From assembly GCA_963792585.1 (NCBI GenBank), contig CAWBWI010000001.1:1600001-1664000 (forward strand): DNA of 64,000 nt, read 5' to 3'. Position numbers and translations under genes: made by a program. The notes beneath the pieces were generated by a model that saw only the letters and a list, made by a program, of their open reading frames with translations, made no database searches and was not told the origin of the DNA. The stretch's first letter is position 1. Each line of letters starts with the position of its first letter. Below are positions 33,284 through 42,875 of the stretch, one piece after another. This DNA is from Candidatus Eiseniibacteriota bacterium. GTDB lineage: Bacteria; Eisenbacteria; RBG-16-71-46; CAIMUX01; VGJL01.

Positions 33284-34488
33284 TACTCCCGCAGCGCGCT
33301 CGAGTAGTTGATGCCGATCGTGACGCGCGCGAAACGCTCGCTGACACCGAGCTTCGCGTCATCTCCACGCTTGCCCAGCTCGATCGCGAGATCGAGGGCG
33401 GAGCGACCTTTGCCGCCGATCCCCCGTACGCCGAAGCTGAGCGCCTTCTCGGTGACGCGCGCGCCGTCGAGGGCGCTGAGGTACGACTCGGCCTGCGCAT
33501 ACCCGGCGCGGAAGGCGGTCTTCGGCCGCGTCCCACCGCCCGACTGCTCGATTCCGACTCCCCAGCGCGTGGCGTCATCGAACGGATGGGAGAAGGATTC
33601 TCCCGCGGAGGCGCGCAATCCCGCGCTTCCCCAGAGGACCTGCTTGTAGTCCGCGCTGACGGCGGTCCGCGGCAGCGGCTTCACCTGCACTCCGGCCGCC
33701 CACTCCGCCGGCATTTCCTGCCGTCCTTGCCATGATTCATCGAAGGCGCCCCCTTCGATGACGCGCGATTCCTGGATCAGGCGGGAACTTCCACCGAACC
33801 CGAAGCTCGCCCCGACGGCGATGCGCGGCTCGGGTCGCACGATGGCGCCAACCCCTCCGACCCAGGCGCCTGTCAACCGCCCTTCGACCTGCCTGCGGAT
33901 GATCCCCTGCGTGCCGGTCGCGAACTCGTACGCCGACTCGACCTTCACAGAGCCGACCGTGCGGCCGATCGTCGCCCCCCAATCCATGCGACCGTTCAGA
34001 GAGCGTCCGGCCAGCGTCAATTGAACTCGGTTCCAGCCGCCGGATCCTTTCGTGTGCAGCGTGTAGGCTCCGCTGTCAGCGCCGACCTCCCGGATGCGAT
34101 CGAAGGACGCGTCGGTCAGCGGGCGCATCAAGATGCCGACGCGCAGCGACGAGAAGCGGCCGGGCAAGCGGATGACGCCGCCCAACTGCGGGAGGAGGTC
34201 CTGTCGCTGCCCGTACTCCTTGCCATCGCCCTTGACCTTCCAGAACTCGCCCTGATAGGCGCCGAATCCATAGGTCAGCTCCGCGCCGGCGATCGCGGCG
34301 GGATTGACCGCTCCGGTCGCCCCGTACTCGCTGACCGCCACCGAGGTTCCACCGCGACCGAACGCCGCAGGGTCCCCTTGGTCGAGCCACCAGCCCCATC
34401 CCCCCGCGGAGAATACGGTCGCCTGCGCATGCGGGGTACAGGCCGCCAGGAGACTCGCCGCCAGAGCGATTCGCAGGCGCGCGTTCAT
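33280..34488 (-). CDS. Outer-membrane beta-barrel protein (FadL/PorV-like)
   Basis: Signal peptide, GRGGTSVA and NPAA motif, amphipathic strands, FRAGY; ATGA overlap with the upstream gene. Confidence 0.7.
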   Translation of the reverse strand: MNARLRIALAASLLAACTPHAQATVFSAGGWGWWLDQGDPAAFGRGGTSVAVSEYGATGAVNPAAIAGAELTYGFGAYQGEFWKVKGDGKEYGQRQDLLPQLGGVIRLPGRFSSLRVGILMRPLTDASFDRIREVGADSGAYTLHTKGSGGWNRVQLTLAGRSLNGRMDWGATIGRTVGSVKVESAYEFATGTQGIIRRQVEGRLTGAWVGGVGAIVRPEPRIAVGASFGFGGSSRLIQESRVIEGGAFDESWQGRQEMPAEWAAGVQVKPLPRTAVSADYKQVLWGSAGLRASAGESFSHPFDDATRWGVGIEQSGGGTRPKTAFRAGYAQAESYLSALDGARVTEKALSFGVRGIGGKGRSALDLAIELGKRGDDAKLGVSERFARVTIGINYSSALREY

Positions 34489-35729
34489 CGCGCACCTCCC
34501 CACGGCGGCTGCGATTCGGCTCGGAGAAAGACGATCTCGAGACTCGGCCGGTGCGCGGGATCGGGATCCTCCCGGGTCGCAACACGGATCGAACGCGGCG
34601 CCGCCAGCTCATCGGCGAACCTCACCGCCACGCCGTAGTTCGGCGCCTTCTCGTCGATCCAAGCCTGCACGAGAGGACCCACGTCGAGTTTGAGGGCGCC
34701 CAGCGATCCGTAGAACCAGTCGCTGTCGACCGCGCTCGAGGCAAGCGGGAGGGAGTCGGGCACCGCCTCCTCGGTCCAATCCTCGGTGATGTTGTAGACC
34801 GAGACCTTGGCCGAATCGAGGAACGACTCGAACTGGGGAATGCGCATCGTCGCGTTCACGATCGAGATCTGTCGCGGCAAGGCCGTGAGGTCGAAACGCA
34901 CGAGGGTCCGGGCCGGGGGGCCGGCGCCGATGCGGCTGACCGGATCCGAGGGTCCGGGAGTCGGCCGGTGGGATTTGGAGACGTAGGCGTCGGCCGTGGC
35001 CCGCGCCGTGCGGGTGGTTGTCTTCGTGCTGTCGGCGGAGAGGATCAACAAGGGAGTCGAGATCCCCACGCCGTCATCGTCCAAGATCAGGTCGTTGTGG
35101 GATACGAATGATGCAATCCCGCTGCCGCCCGCGATCGAGAGGATCACGCCTGCGTTTTGGTCGCCGTCCTGATACCAGTCGCGGATGATGTCGAAGGGAA
35201 TCGGCATGTCCTTCAACTGCGAGAACGTTCGTGGCGCGGTCCCGGTCGGCACGTTCGTGAGCCGCGCGATCACATCGGAAGTATCGATGGGCGTGTCGTA
35301 GGTTACGGTCGCTGCGGTCCACGAATCGCTTGCCCCGAGGATCCTGCGAACGACCAGGGTCACCGGCCCGCCCTGCCCGCGCCGCACGTGGAGGCGGATG
35401 TAGGCGACGCTCATCCCGGTCGTGTCGGGAATCGCGCTGAAGAGGATCAATCCACGCGCGACCGCGCTGCTGTCATTGCCCACGAGGATCGAGACCGCGG
35501 ATGAAGTCTCCCGCAGTGGACGGGTCTCGACGTCGGCGGCCGGCGCGCTGATCCGCAGGGTCTCGGGACGCGCGAAGTCGCCGCCCGCTGGACCCCGGTC
35601 GAAACCGAGCGGGTTGTCATCCTCCCCGCACCCACAGATCGAAATGAGCAGACAGACGAATACGAAATACCGAAGGGGGGTCCCACCGCAACCGAACCGG
35701 ATGGACCGCGGCCTCGAGTCCAAGCTCAT
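34485..35729 (-). CDS. Lipoprotein with two DNRLRE/CBM96-like beta-sandwich domains
   Basis: Lipobox ICGC; paired motifs RGLILFS / RTLVRFDL, SWTAATVT / DWTE, IIRDW / LVQAW, NAGVIL / NYGVAV; ADAYV. Confidence 0.7.
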   Translation of the reverse strand: MSLDSRPRSIRFGCGGTPLRYFVFVCLLISICGCGEDDNPLGFDRGPAGGDFARPETLRISAPAADVETRPLRETSSAVSILVGNDSSAVARGLILFSAIPDTTGMSVAYIRLHVRRGQGGPVTLVVRRILGASDSWTAATVTYDTPIDTSDVIARLTNVPTGTAPRTFSQLKDMPIPFDIIRDWYQDGDQNAGVILSIAGGSGIASFVSHNDLILDDDGVGISTPLLILSADSTKTTTRTARATADAYVSKSHRPTPGPSDPVSRIGAGPPARTLVRFDLTALPRQISIVNATMRIPQFESFLDSAKVSVYNITEDWTEEAVPDSLPLASSAVDSDWFYGSLGALKLDVGPLVQAWIDEKAPNYGVAVRFADELAAPRSIRVATREDPDPAHRPSLEIVFLRAESQPPWGGAR

Positions 35730-35962
35730 CCTTGCCTCCGCAAACTCATGATTTCGCGCAGACTACACCATGGGTGGAATCGAAGCCACTGCGGGTGGGT
35801 TGCCCCGCGATTGTCGATATCAGCCAGCGATCCCAAAACCAAAGATAGAACAATGAGTTATCGGATCGGTTCCGAATCCGGCGCGCAGGCGGCTCGGGAT
35901 TTGGGGCCGCGCGCCTCAGGCACAAGCCCGCGAACTTCAGGAAAATCGCCATGTTTGACGAA

Positions 35963-35978
35963 TGGCATCGCGCTTGCT
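35963..35978 (+). promoter_or_regulatory. Sigma54 (-24/-12) promoter
   Basis: TGGCA-tcgcgc-TTGCT with exact GG-N10-GC spacing, 48 bp upstream of the ATG at 36027; IHF-like GAACAATGAGTTA at 35848-35860. Confidence 0.7.
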
Positions 35979-36026
35979 ACTCCAGGGATTGCCGTGACGT
36001 GGGCTTGGGACGAAACGGAGGACGAG

Positions 36027-36575
36027 ATGAGTCGGGTGATCCTGCTTCTGGCGATCGCGACCCTCTGCTTGGTGGCGGCCTCCTGTACGCAGAACACGAC
36101 CACTCCGCAGATTCCCGGGTCCCCGGAGTTCCAGCGCGTCATGGATCCCTCCCCCTCCGCTTCGCCCCTCAGGCAGGGTGACGCGACGATGTCAAATGCC
36201 GCCAAGAAGGCCGAAGCCAGTCAACTCATCGCGGCCGACACCGGCGGTACCGTCAACACCGGCCGCTACACGGTCACGATTCCCGCTGGCGCCCTCGCCA
36301 CCGACACGATGATCACGGTCCAGGTGAAGGAGAACATGGGAATCGTGGGATGCGAACTCCTTCCCCACGGGATCACATTCGCCACGCCGGTCAAGCTGAC
36401 GATTAGCCTCACCGGCACCGACTACACCGGCATCGGGCCGGTCACGATCTTCTGGTATGACACGGCGCAGAAGGGGTGGGTCGACGTCGGCGGGACGTTC
36501 GAGCTCCCCACCTTTGAACTCTCGACCCAGCTGTCCCACTTCTCGACCTACAGGGCCGGTCGCTCCGGCTGGTAA
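36027..36575 (+). CDS. Lipoprotein with ZU5-like beta-sandwich domain
   Basis: GGAGG RBS; lipobox VAASC; GGTV..VTIPAGAL, LLPHGITFATPVKLTI, LSHFSTY. Confidence 0.78.
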   Translation: MSRVILLLAIATLCLVAASCTQNTTTPQIPGSPEFQRVMDPSPSASPLRQGDATMSNAAKKAEASQLIAADTGGTVNTGRYTVTIPAGALATDTMITVQVKENMGIVGCELLPHGITFATPVKLTISLTGTDYTGIGPVTIFWYDTAQKGWVDVGGTFELPTFELSTQLSHFSTYRAGRSGW

Positions 36576-36601
36576 TCCGCCCCTCAAGGAGGTGCTCCCC
36601 A

Positions 36602-36638
36602 CCGCGCCCGCCCACTCCTCCCCCCTGGGCGGGCGCGG
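36602..36638 (+). terminator. GC-rich hairpin, candidate terminator or stabiliser
   Basis: Perfect 13-bp inverted repeat CCGCGCCCGCCCA / TGGGCGGGCGCGG after the lipoprotein stop; weak U-tract. Confidence 0.5.
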
Positions 36639-36698
36639 ACAATTCCCCCCCGCCCGTGCGAGAATGGGTTCTCGATCCCGATCGGGAGAAAGGAACCG

Positions 36699-37745
36699 AT
36701 GGCCCATCTATTCACCCCCTTCCAGATTCGCGGCCTGACGCTCCGCAACCGCATCGTCCTCTCGCCGATGTGCATGTACTCCGCCGACACGGACGGGCAT
36801 GCGCGCGACTGGCACCTCGTGCACCTCGGCGCGCGCGCGTCGGGCGGCTGCGGGCTGGTCATCACTGAAGCCGCCTCCGTCGAGCCGCGCGGGCGCATCA
36901 GCATCAACGACCTCGGCCTCTGGAACGATGATCAGATCTCCCCTCTCGCAAAGGTCGTTCAGTTCAGTCACGAGCAGGGCGCGTCGATCGGCGTGCAACT
37001 CGCGCACGCCGGACGCAAGGCGTTCTCCCCGCAGAAAGGGGAAGGGCCGCAGGCGGGCGTCGCGCCGAGCGCGATTCCGTTCGCCGAGGGATGGAAGACG
37101 CCGCTGGAGCTGCCCGTCGAGGCGATCGATGCGCTGGTCGAATCGTGGCGCGGCGCTGCGCGGCGCGCACTCGAGGCGGGGTTCGACCTGATCGAGATCC
37201 ACCACGCGCACGGATACTTGCTCCACTCGTTCTTCTCGCCGATCGCAAACCACCGCGAGGACGCCTACGGCGGATCGTTCGACAATCGGGCGAGGCTCAC
37301 GCTGCGGGTCGCGCGCGCGATCCGGGAGGTCTGGCCCGCCGAGCGCCCGTTGTTCCTGCGCGTCTCCGCGAGCGACTGGAATGCGCAAGGGATCACCCCG
37401 GCGGACTTCTCCCGACTCGCACCCGCGCTGATCGAGGCCGGCGTCGATCTCATCGATTGCTCCTCCGGCGGGATCGTCCCCGCCCCACCACCGGCGGAGA
37501 TGGTCGGGCCCGGCTACCAGGTGCCGTTCGCTTCGGAGATCCGGCGCGACGGGAGGATCCCGACGATGGCCGTCGGGCTCATCACCGGCCCTGGGCAGGC
37601 CGAGGCGATCCTCGCGGGCGGTCATGCCGATCTCGTCGCATTGGGCCGCGAGTTGCTGCGCGATCCTCACTGGCCGCTGCGGGCGGCGCGGGCGCTCGGG
37701 GTCGACATCGAGTGGCCCCGGCAGTATCTCCGCGGGAAGCCGTGA
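36699..37745 (+). CDS. NADH:flavin oxidoreductase, Old Yellow Enzyme YqjM/NamA type
   Basis: SPMCMYS, QLAHAGRKA, EIHHAHGYLLHSF, NHREDAYGGS, GRELLRDPHW, QYLRG. Confidence 0.93.
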   Translation: MAHLFTPFQIRGLTLRNRIVLSPMCMYSADTDGHARDWHLVHLGARASGGCGLVITEAASVEPRGRISINDLGLWNDDQISPLAKVVQFSHEQGASIGVQLAHAGRKAFSPQKGEGPQAGVAPSAIPFAEGWKTPLELPVEAIDALVESWRGAARRALEAGFDLIEIHHAHGYLLHSFFSPIANHREDAYGGSFDNRARLTLRVARAIREVWPAERPLFLRVSASDWNAQGITPADFSRLAPALIEAGVDLIDCSSGGIVPAPPPAEMVGPGYQVPFASEIRRDGRIPTMAVGLITGPGQAEAILAGGHADLVALGRELLRDPHWPLRAARALGVDIEWPRQYLRGKP

Positions 37746-38965
37746 GTCTACGCGTCGCCCTCGTGACGCGCGCCCTGCGCTGCGGAGGCGTGTCGACCTT
37801 CCTCTTTCGACTCGGCCGGGAGCTCGCGGCACGTGGCTGCGAGGTCGAGATCGTGACGACCGAGGATCGCGGCGAGTGGTTCGATCTCGCCGCGTCGCGC
37901 GGCTTGCGCGCGCATTCGGTCGACGGAGCCGGGTGGAACACCCCCGGGCTCCACGCGCGCCGCGTTGGACGTCACCTCCGCGAGCGCGATCCCGACGCGA
38001 TCCTGCTCAATCACGCCTTCCACGCGCAGGTTGCGCTCGGAATGCTCTCCGACCGCGCCTTCGTCGTCCCGATCCTCCACAACGACATCGAGGAGATCCT
38101 CCACGTCGGCCTGGGAAACCCCATGGCGTGGAACGTGGCCGTGGCGGTAAGCCCGCGATTGCTCGATCTCGCGCGCGCGCGACGGCCCGGGCGGCCGAGC
38201 ACGATGGTCCCGCACGGGATCGAGATCCCCGAGGAGACACCGGATTGGATCGAGCGGAAGCGGGAGGCGCGGCCGCTGCAGTTGGCCTACGTGGGCTCCG
38301 TCGAGGCCGAGCGCAAGGGCGTCCTGCTCCTGCCGGAGATCCTCCGCGGCGCGCGGGATCGAGGGTGCGACGCCCATCTCACGATCGCCGGCGGAGGGCC
38401 GGATCAGCACACTCTTGCCGGACGCTTCTCCGCCCTGGGGGTGAGCGATCGGGTGGAGTGGCTGGGCGTCGTCGAACCGCGGCGCGTTGACCTGCTGCTG
38501 CAGGATGCCCACGTCCTCCTTCTCCCTTCGCGGCACGAGGGATTCGGGCTCGTCCTCATCGAGGCGCAGGCACACGGGTGCGTGCCGATCGCATCGCGGC
38601 TACCGGGGATCACCGACTTCGCCGTTGCGGACGGGAGGACCGGCTTCCTCGTCGCCCCCGGTGACGGGGCCGCGATGGTCGAGGGAATCGTCCGGCTCGA
38701 CTGCGATCGGAACATGTGGGGCACCATGGCGCGAGAAGGGGCCGAAGAGGCCCGGGTGCGATTCCCGACAGACAGGATGGGCGAGGAGTACATGCGCCTG
38801 ATCCTGGAGGGACTCGAGGGTCGCTATCCGCTCGCCGCGCGTAGAAGCGGGTTGCCGTCGATCGATCGAGATCTCCTGACCTGGCGCGACGCGCTCCCGC
38901 CCCATCTGTTGGATGCGCTTCGTCGCGTACGCGCGGCGCTTCGGCGCCTCGCGGGGTTCGCATAG
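37742..38965 (+). CDS. Glycosyltransferase family 4
   Basis: GTGA overlap with the upstream stop; GGV, RKGV, LPSRHEGFGLVLIEAQAHG. Confidence 0.88.
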   Translation: MSLRVALVTRALRCGGVSTFLFRLGRELAARGCEVEIVTTEDRGEWFDLAASRGLRAHSVDGAGWNTPGLHARRVGRHLRERDPDAILLNHAFHAQVALGMLSDRAFVVPILHNDIEEILHVGLGNPMAWNVAVAVSPRLLDLARARRPGRPSTMVPHGIEIPEETPDWIERKREARPLQLAYVGSVEAERKGVLLLPEILRGARDRGCDAHLTIAGGGPDQHTLAGRFSALGVSDRVEWLGVVEPRRVDLLLQDAHVLLLPSRHEGFGLVLIEAQAHGCVPIASRLPGITDFAVADGRTGFLVAPGDGAAMVEGIVRLDCDRNMWGTMAREGAEEARVRFPTDRMGEEYMRLILEGLEGRYPLAARRSGLPSIDRDLLTWRDALPPHLLDALRRVRAALRRLAGFA

Positions 38966-39028
38966 CGGCGCGTCGCATCGCGTGCAGGAGCGCCACGGGG
39001 CGAAGTCCGGGAAGCGCCGATCCAGCTG

Positions 39029-39074
39029 TCCAGAGGACCCGAGTCTCCAGATGACCCGTGTCCAGATGACCCGT
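39029..39074 (+). repeat. Three direct repeats TCCAGA(T/G)GACCCG
   Basis: Copies at 39029, 39046 and 39061; the last two are identical over 14 bp. Confidence 0.75.
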
Positions 39075-39113
39075 TGCAGGCGTCCCCCCATCCCTCTAGA
39101 CTTGGCATTCCGT

Positions 39114-40370
39114 ATGAAGATGAGATCGACCCACCTGCTCTGGATCGTCCTCACGGTTTGTGTCGCGGGCGCGGCGCACGCCGCGGGCGAGGCATCGCGC
39201 GGCACCGAGTACGACTTCCTCTTCCCGCGATCGGGAGCGGGACGGGACCTGAACGGCGCCCTCCTGCAGCCCGAAATCGCTCCACCCCTCGAGCGACCGA
39301 TCGATCCGCAGGCGTACCGGATGGCCCCGGGCGATCTCGTCGAGCTCGCGGTGGGGGGCGAGGCGGACCGAACGTGGCGGCTTGCGGTGAGCACCGAGGG
39401 AATGTTGCTCCTGCCCGGATCGACCGCCATCGACGCGAAGGGCAAGAGTCTCGCCGAACTGGCCGAGGCGGTGCGCGTCGAACTGTCCTCGCGCTTCCCG
39501 GGAAAACCGATTCGCTTGAATCTCCTGCAGCCGGGCGCGTTCCGCGTGCCGGTCACCGGACAGGTGGCGACTCCGGGGATCCACCCGCTGCACGGATACG
39601 ATCGCGTGTCGGCCGCAATCGCGCTGGCGGGAGGCCCGGTCGACGGCGCGAGCATCCGGCAGATCGTGGTGACGACCGCGGATGGATCGAGCCGGACGGT
39701 GGACCTCGTCCGCTTCGCGCTGCTCGGGGAACTCGACCAGAACCCGATTCTCGAGCCGGGAATGTCGATCCAGGTGCCCGCCGCGCGCGACTTCGTCCTC
39801 GTGACGGGCGCCGTCCATGGATTGCGGGGGGACAGCCGGATCATCGTGCCCGCCACGGGCTCGCGGATTCCGGAAATGCCCACGGTGCAACTCGAGTGGA
39901 AGGACGGCGACACCGCGCGCCTCGCGATCACGCGCGCGGGCGGCCTTTCGCAGGACGCGGACGGAACGATCCTCCTGCTTCGCGGACCAGAGCGGATGAA
40001 CTTCAACATCGCCGCCACCGATACCGTGCGCCTGCAATCCGGGGATGTCCTCGAGGCGGCGGTACGGGAGCGATGGGTCTTCGTGAGCGGGGCCGTTCAC
40101 TATCCCGGCCCCTATCCTCACCTGCCGTCCTACATGGCGGCCGACTACGTGCGCCTCGCCGGCGGGCCCACCGAGATCGGACGGGGCAGCGGATGGACGC
40201 TGCAGCTGACCGGCACCGAGGAGAAGCGCAAGGTCGGTAAGGAGGCGTACGTCCCACCGGGCTCGAAGATCAACGTGCCCGAACGGTTGACCTACCGCAC
40301 CTCGACCGTGCTCGCGTCGATCAGCGGGGTCACCGCGCTCATCATCTCGCTCGTCGCGCTGACGAAGTAA
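39114..40370 (+). CDS. Polysaccharide export protein with SLBB repeats (Wza/KpsD-like)
   Basis: Signal peptide; YRMAPGD; repeated VTGxV..PG..AGG SLBB units; C-terminal hydrophobic helix. Confidence 0.85.
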   Translation: MKMRSTHLLWIVLTVCVAGAAHAAGEASRGTEYDFLFPRSGAGRDLNGALLQPEIAPPLERPIDPQAYRMAPGDLVELAVGGEADRTWRLAVSTEGMLLLPGSTAIDAKGKSLAELAEAVRVELSSRFPGKPIRLNLLQPGAFRVPVTGQVATPGIHPLHGYDRVSAAIALAGGPVDGASIRQIVVTTADGSSRTVDLVRFALLGELDQNPILEPGMSIQVPAARDFVLVTGAVHGLRGDSRIIVPATGSRIPEMPTVQLEWKDGDTARLAITRAGGLSQDADGTILLLRGPERMNFNIAATDTVRLQSGDVLEAAVRERWVFVSGAVHYPGPYPHLPSYMAADYVRLAGGPTEIGRGSGWTLQLTGTEEKRKVGKEAYVPPGSKINVPERLTYRTSTVLASISGVTALIISLVALTK

Positions 40371-41532
40371 CTGTTTCCTGAAGGATCCCCTCGACCTGCG
40401 CGGCCGCGTGCCCCCAGGTGCGCCCCGATTCGACGAATCGTCGGCCCGCGCCGGGCGTCCCCCACGGCCAGTCCCGCAGCGGGCGTCCGGCATCGATCCA
40501 GCGCGCGCGCCAGGCGGCGATCCGCTCGGCGAGGACGATCGCGTCGCCCGAGGGAACGCACTCCCCCGCCCCAATCTCCTCGATCCACCGGTAGTACGGC
40601 ACGTCGGTGATCAGAACGGGCCGGTCGCACGCGAGATAGGCGAGGACTTTCGTCGAGATCGCATCCCCGGCCACCCGGTCGAAGGTCTCGCGCAGGAAGG
40701 GGGCGACGAGGATTTGCGCACAGGCGAGCAAGCGGTCCGATTCTTCCCGCGGCACGCCGCCGAAGAAGTGAACCGCTCCCGAGCCGGCGCGCTCCCGCAA
40801 CTCTCCCGCAATCGATCCGTCTCCCACGATCCAGAGCTCGACGTCGGGGAGATGGGCGTGCGCGACGGCGTCGACCAACGTCTCGATCCCCTGACCCACG
40901 CGAAGATTGCCCGCAAAGGCGACGATGAAGCGTTTGGGCGAGGCGCCGCGCGCGGATCGCTCCCGCACGGGATCGATCGCCGCGGGCAAATGGGTCGCGA
41001 TCGGAACGACGCGGAAGCGTCCCGCCGGCAGGTCCACCCGCTCGCGGATCGTCCTGGTGAGCCCCTCCCCGAGGGTGAGGATCGTCGTCGCGCGGCGCAG
41101 CGTGAATCGCTCTGAACGCTGCGCCAGCCGCTGAACGGCGGGACGTCCCCAGAGGGCCATCTCGTCCGGGATCGATGCATTCACCTCGACGATGAGGGCT
41201 TTGCGCAGGAGACGCGCGACGATCGCGGGGGCACAGGTGTAGAGATCCTGCCGGACATAGATCGCGTCCACACGCGAGTTGAGACAATGAGCAAGGAGGC
41301 GAAGCCCGCCGAGGAGCTCGAAGCTCCAGGGACCGAGGACCCGCCATCCGAGGAATCGAACCGGCGCCGTGTGGAAGCGCACCGGCGGCATGGGCCCCGC
41401 GGGACGCGGTGTGATGAGCGTCACATGGTGCCCGCGCTCGGCCAGCGCGTCGAGAAGACCCCGGAGATGAAGCGCGTGTCCCTGCGGCAGCGAGATGTCG
41501 ACCGCGGAGAACGCGGCGATTGCGAGGCTCAT
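40342..41532 (-). CDS. Glycosyltransferase family 4
   Basis: ATGA overlap; RGHHVTLI, IVEVN, FAGNL..QGI, STKVLAYLACDRPV. Confidence 0.85.
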   Translation of the reverse strand: MSLAIAAFSAVDISLPQGHALHLRGLLDALAERGHHVTLITPRPAGPMPPVRFHTAPVRFLGWRVLGPWSFELLGGLRLLAHCLNSRVDAIYVRQDLYTCAPAIVARLLRKALIVEVNASIPDEMALWGRPAVQRLAQRSERFTLRRATTILTLGEGLTRTIRERVDLPAGRFRVVPIATHLPAAIDPVRERSARGASPKRFIVAFAGNLRVGQGIETLVDAVAHAHLPDVELWIVGDGSIAGELRERAGSGAVHFFGGVPREESDRLLACAQILVAPFLRETFDRVAGDAISTKVLAYLACDRPVLITDVPYYRWIEEIGAGECVPSGDAIVLAERIAAWRARWIDAGRPLRDWPWGTPGAGRRFVESGRTWGHAAAQVEGILQETVTSSARRAR

Positions 41533-42869
41533 CCGCGGGTGCGGCCCGCGATCAGACCGGCGTAGAGCCAGATCCACTCGTTGGCCATCAAGTCGCCGCT
41601 GAACTGCGCGTTCCAGAAGGCGAACACGAATCCGATCAGCGCGGCCAGTGTGCGTGGATCGGCTCGCCCGCGCACGCCCCGCGCGAGCGCCGTCCCGCAG
41701 AAGCCCGCCAGCGCGGCCAGTCCCAGGAGACCGTTCTCGATCCCGACCTCGGCGATGATGTTGTGCGGGTAGGCCCGCATGTCCCCGAGGCGCATCAGCT
41801 GGCTGAATCCTCCCGTTCCGATTCCGGGGCCGAAGATGCGGCCCAACGCCTCGAAGGCGAGCTTCACGATTCCCAGGCGTTCCAGGCCCGAGGCCTCGCG
41901 CGTGACCGGCAGGATGAAGCGATCCCGCAACACCTCGGGCATCAAGAGCAGGAAGAGGAACGAGGCGACCCCGATCCCCCCGATCCACATGACCCGCCGC
42001 GACTGCGGCGACCTCTTGAAGAAGACGACCCAGAGCAAGAGGACGAAGACGATCCCGAGGGTCGGACCCCGGGAACCCGCGAGAATCGTGACCGCGATCA
42101 GCGGCGCGGCCGCGAGGAGGACCGTGCGCGTGCGCAACCGTCCCATGCCCCGGAACGCGAGCAGCGCAAAGAGCGCCAGGCCCATCGTCCGCGCGATCCA
42201 GATCGCATTGATCCCGAGCGTGTTGAGCCGCGTGGCGAAGCGGTAGTAGTGAATCTTGAGATTGATGAAGCCGGCGAGCGCGATCACGAGCGCGAAGACG
42301 ATCACGGCGATCAGGAAGGCGTCGAAACGGGCGTCCGCGCGTCGATCGTCCGGATCATGCCGCGCGGCGACCAGATAGCCCCCGACCAGCAGCAGCAGGT
42401 TCGTGATCAGATAGGAGACGACCTTCTGGTGCGCATAGTACGGCGACGGGGTCCAGGCGGAGCCCAGCCAGACGACGGCGCCGAGGCCCAGCGCCCAGAG
42501 CGCGATCGGTTCCGAGACGAGTCTCGCGGCGAGGCCGAGCGGCCGTTCGCTCCGCGCAAGGAAGACGACGAGGATCGCCGTGATGAGGACGATCCGCACC
42601 GCGTAGAAGACGGTCTCCTCTCCGTTCAACACGACATTGATCGGGTCGAGGACCGGAAGCCCGACGCCCAGGAGGGCCACGGCCCACGGGATTCTCCCGG
42701 CGAATGCGGCCCCGGCCAAGATCGCCGCGGTCAGGGCCAGAAGGGCCGGCGCGTGACGGAGGAAGGCGACCAGCACGAGGTCGGCGAAGAGCAATAGGAT
42801 CAGGCCGAACGTCAGCGCTTCGCGCGGTGGCCGGTCGGCCGTCGGCAGGATGCGGGTCGAGACGCCCAT
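41529..42869 (-). CDS. O-antigen ligase/polymerase (Wzy_C) family membrane protein
   Basis: Polytopic; AGSRG, GIGTGGF, YPHNIIAEVGIENGLLG. Confidence 0.88.
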   Translation of the reverse strand: MGVSTRILPTADRPPREALTFGLILLLFADLVLVAFLRHAPALLALTAAILAGAAFAGRIPWAVALLGVGLPVLDPINVVLNGEETVFYAVRIVLITAILVVFLARSERPLGLAARLVSEPIALWALGLGAVVWLGSAWTPSPYYAHQKVVSYLITNLLLLVGGYLVAARHDPDDRRADARFDAFLIAVIVFALVIALAGFINLKIHYYRFATRLNTLGINAIWIARTMGLALFALLAFRGMGRLRTRTVLLAAAPLIAVTILAGSRGPTLGIVFVLLLWVVFFKRSPQSRRVMWIGGIGVASFLFLLLMPEVLRDRFILPVTREASGLERLGIVKLAFEALGRIFGPGIGTGGFSQLMRLGDMRAYPHNIIAEVGIENGLLGLAALAGFCGTALARGVRGRADPRTLAALIGFVFAFWNAQFSGDLMANEWIWLYAGLIAGRTRG

Positions 42870-42875
42870 GCGCGC

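Noticed and set aside
35860..35900. tRNA suggested by GGTTCCGAATCC
   Set aside because: No cloverleaf, D-loop or acceptor stem can be built.
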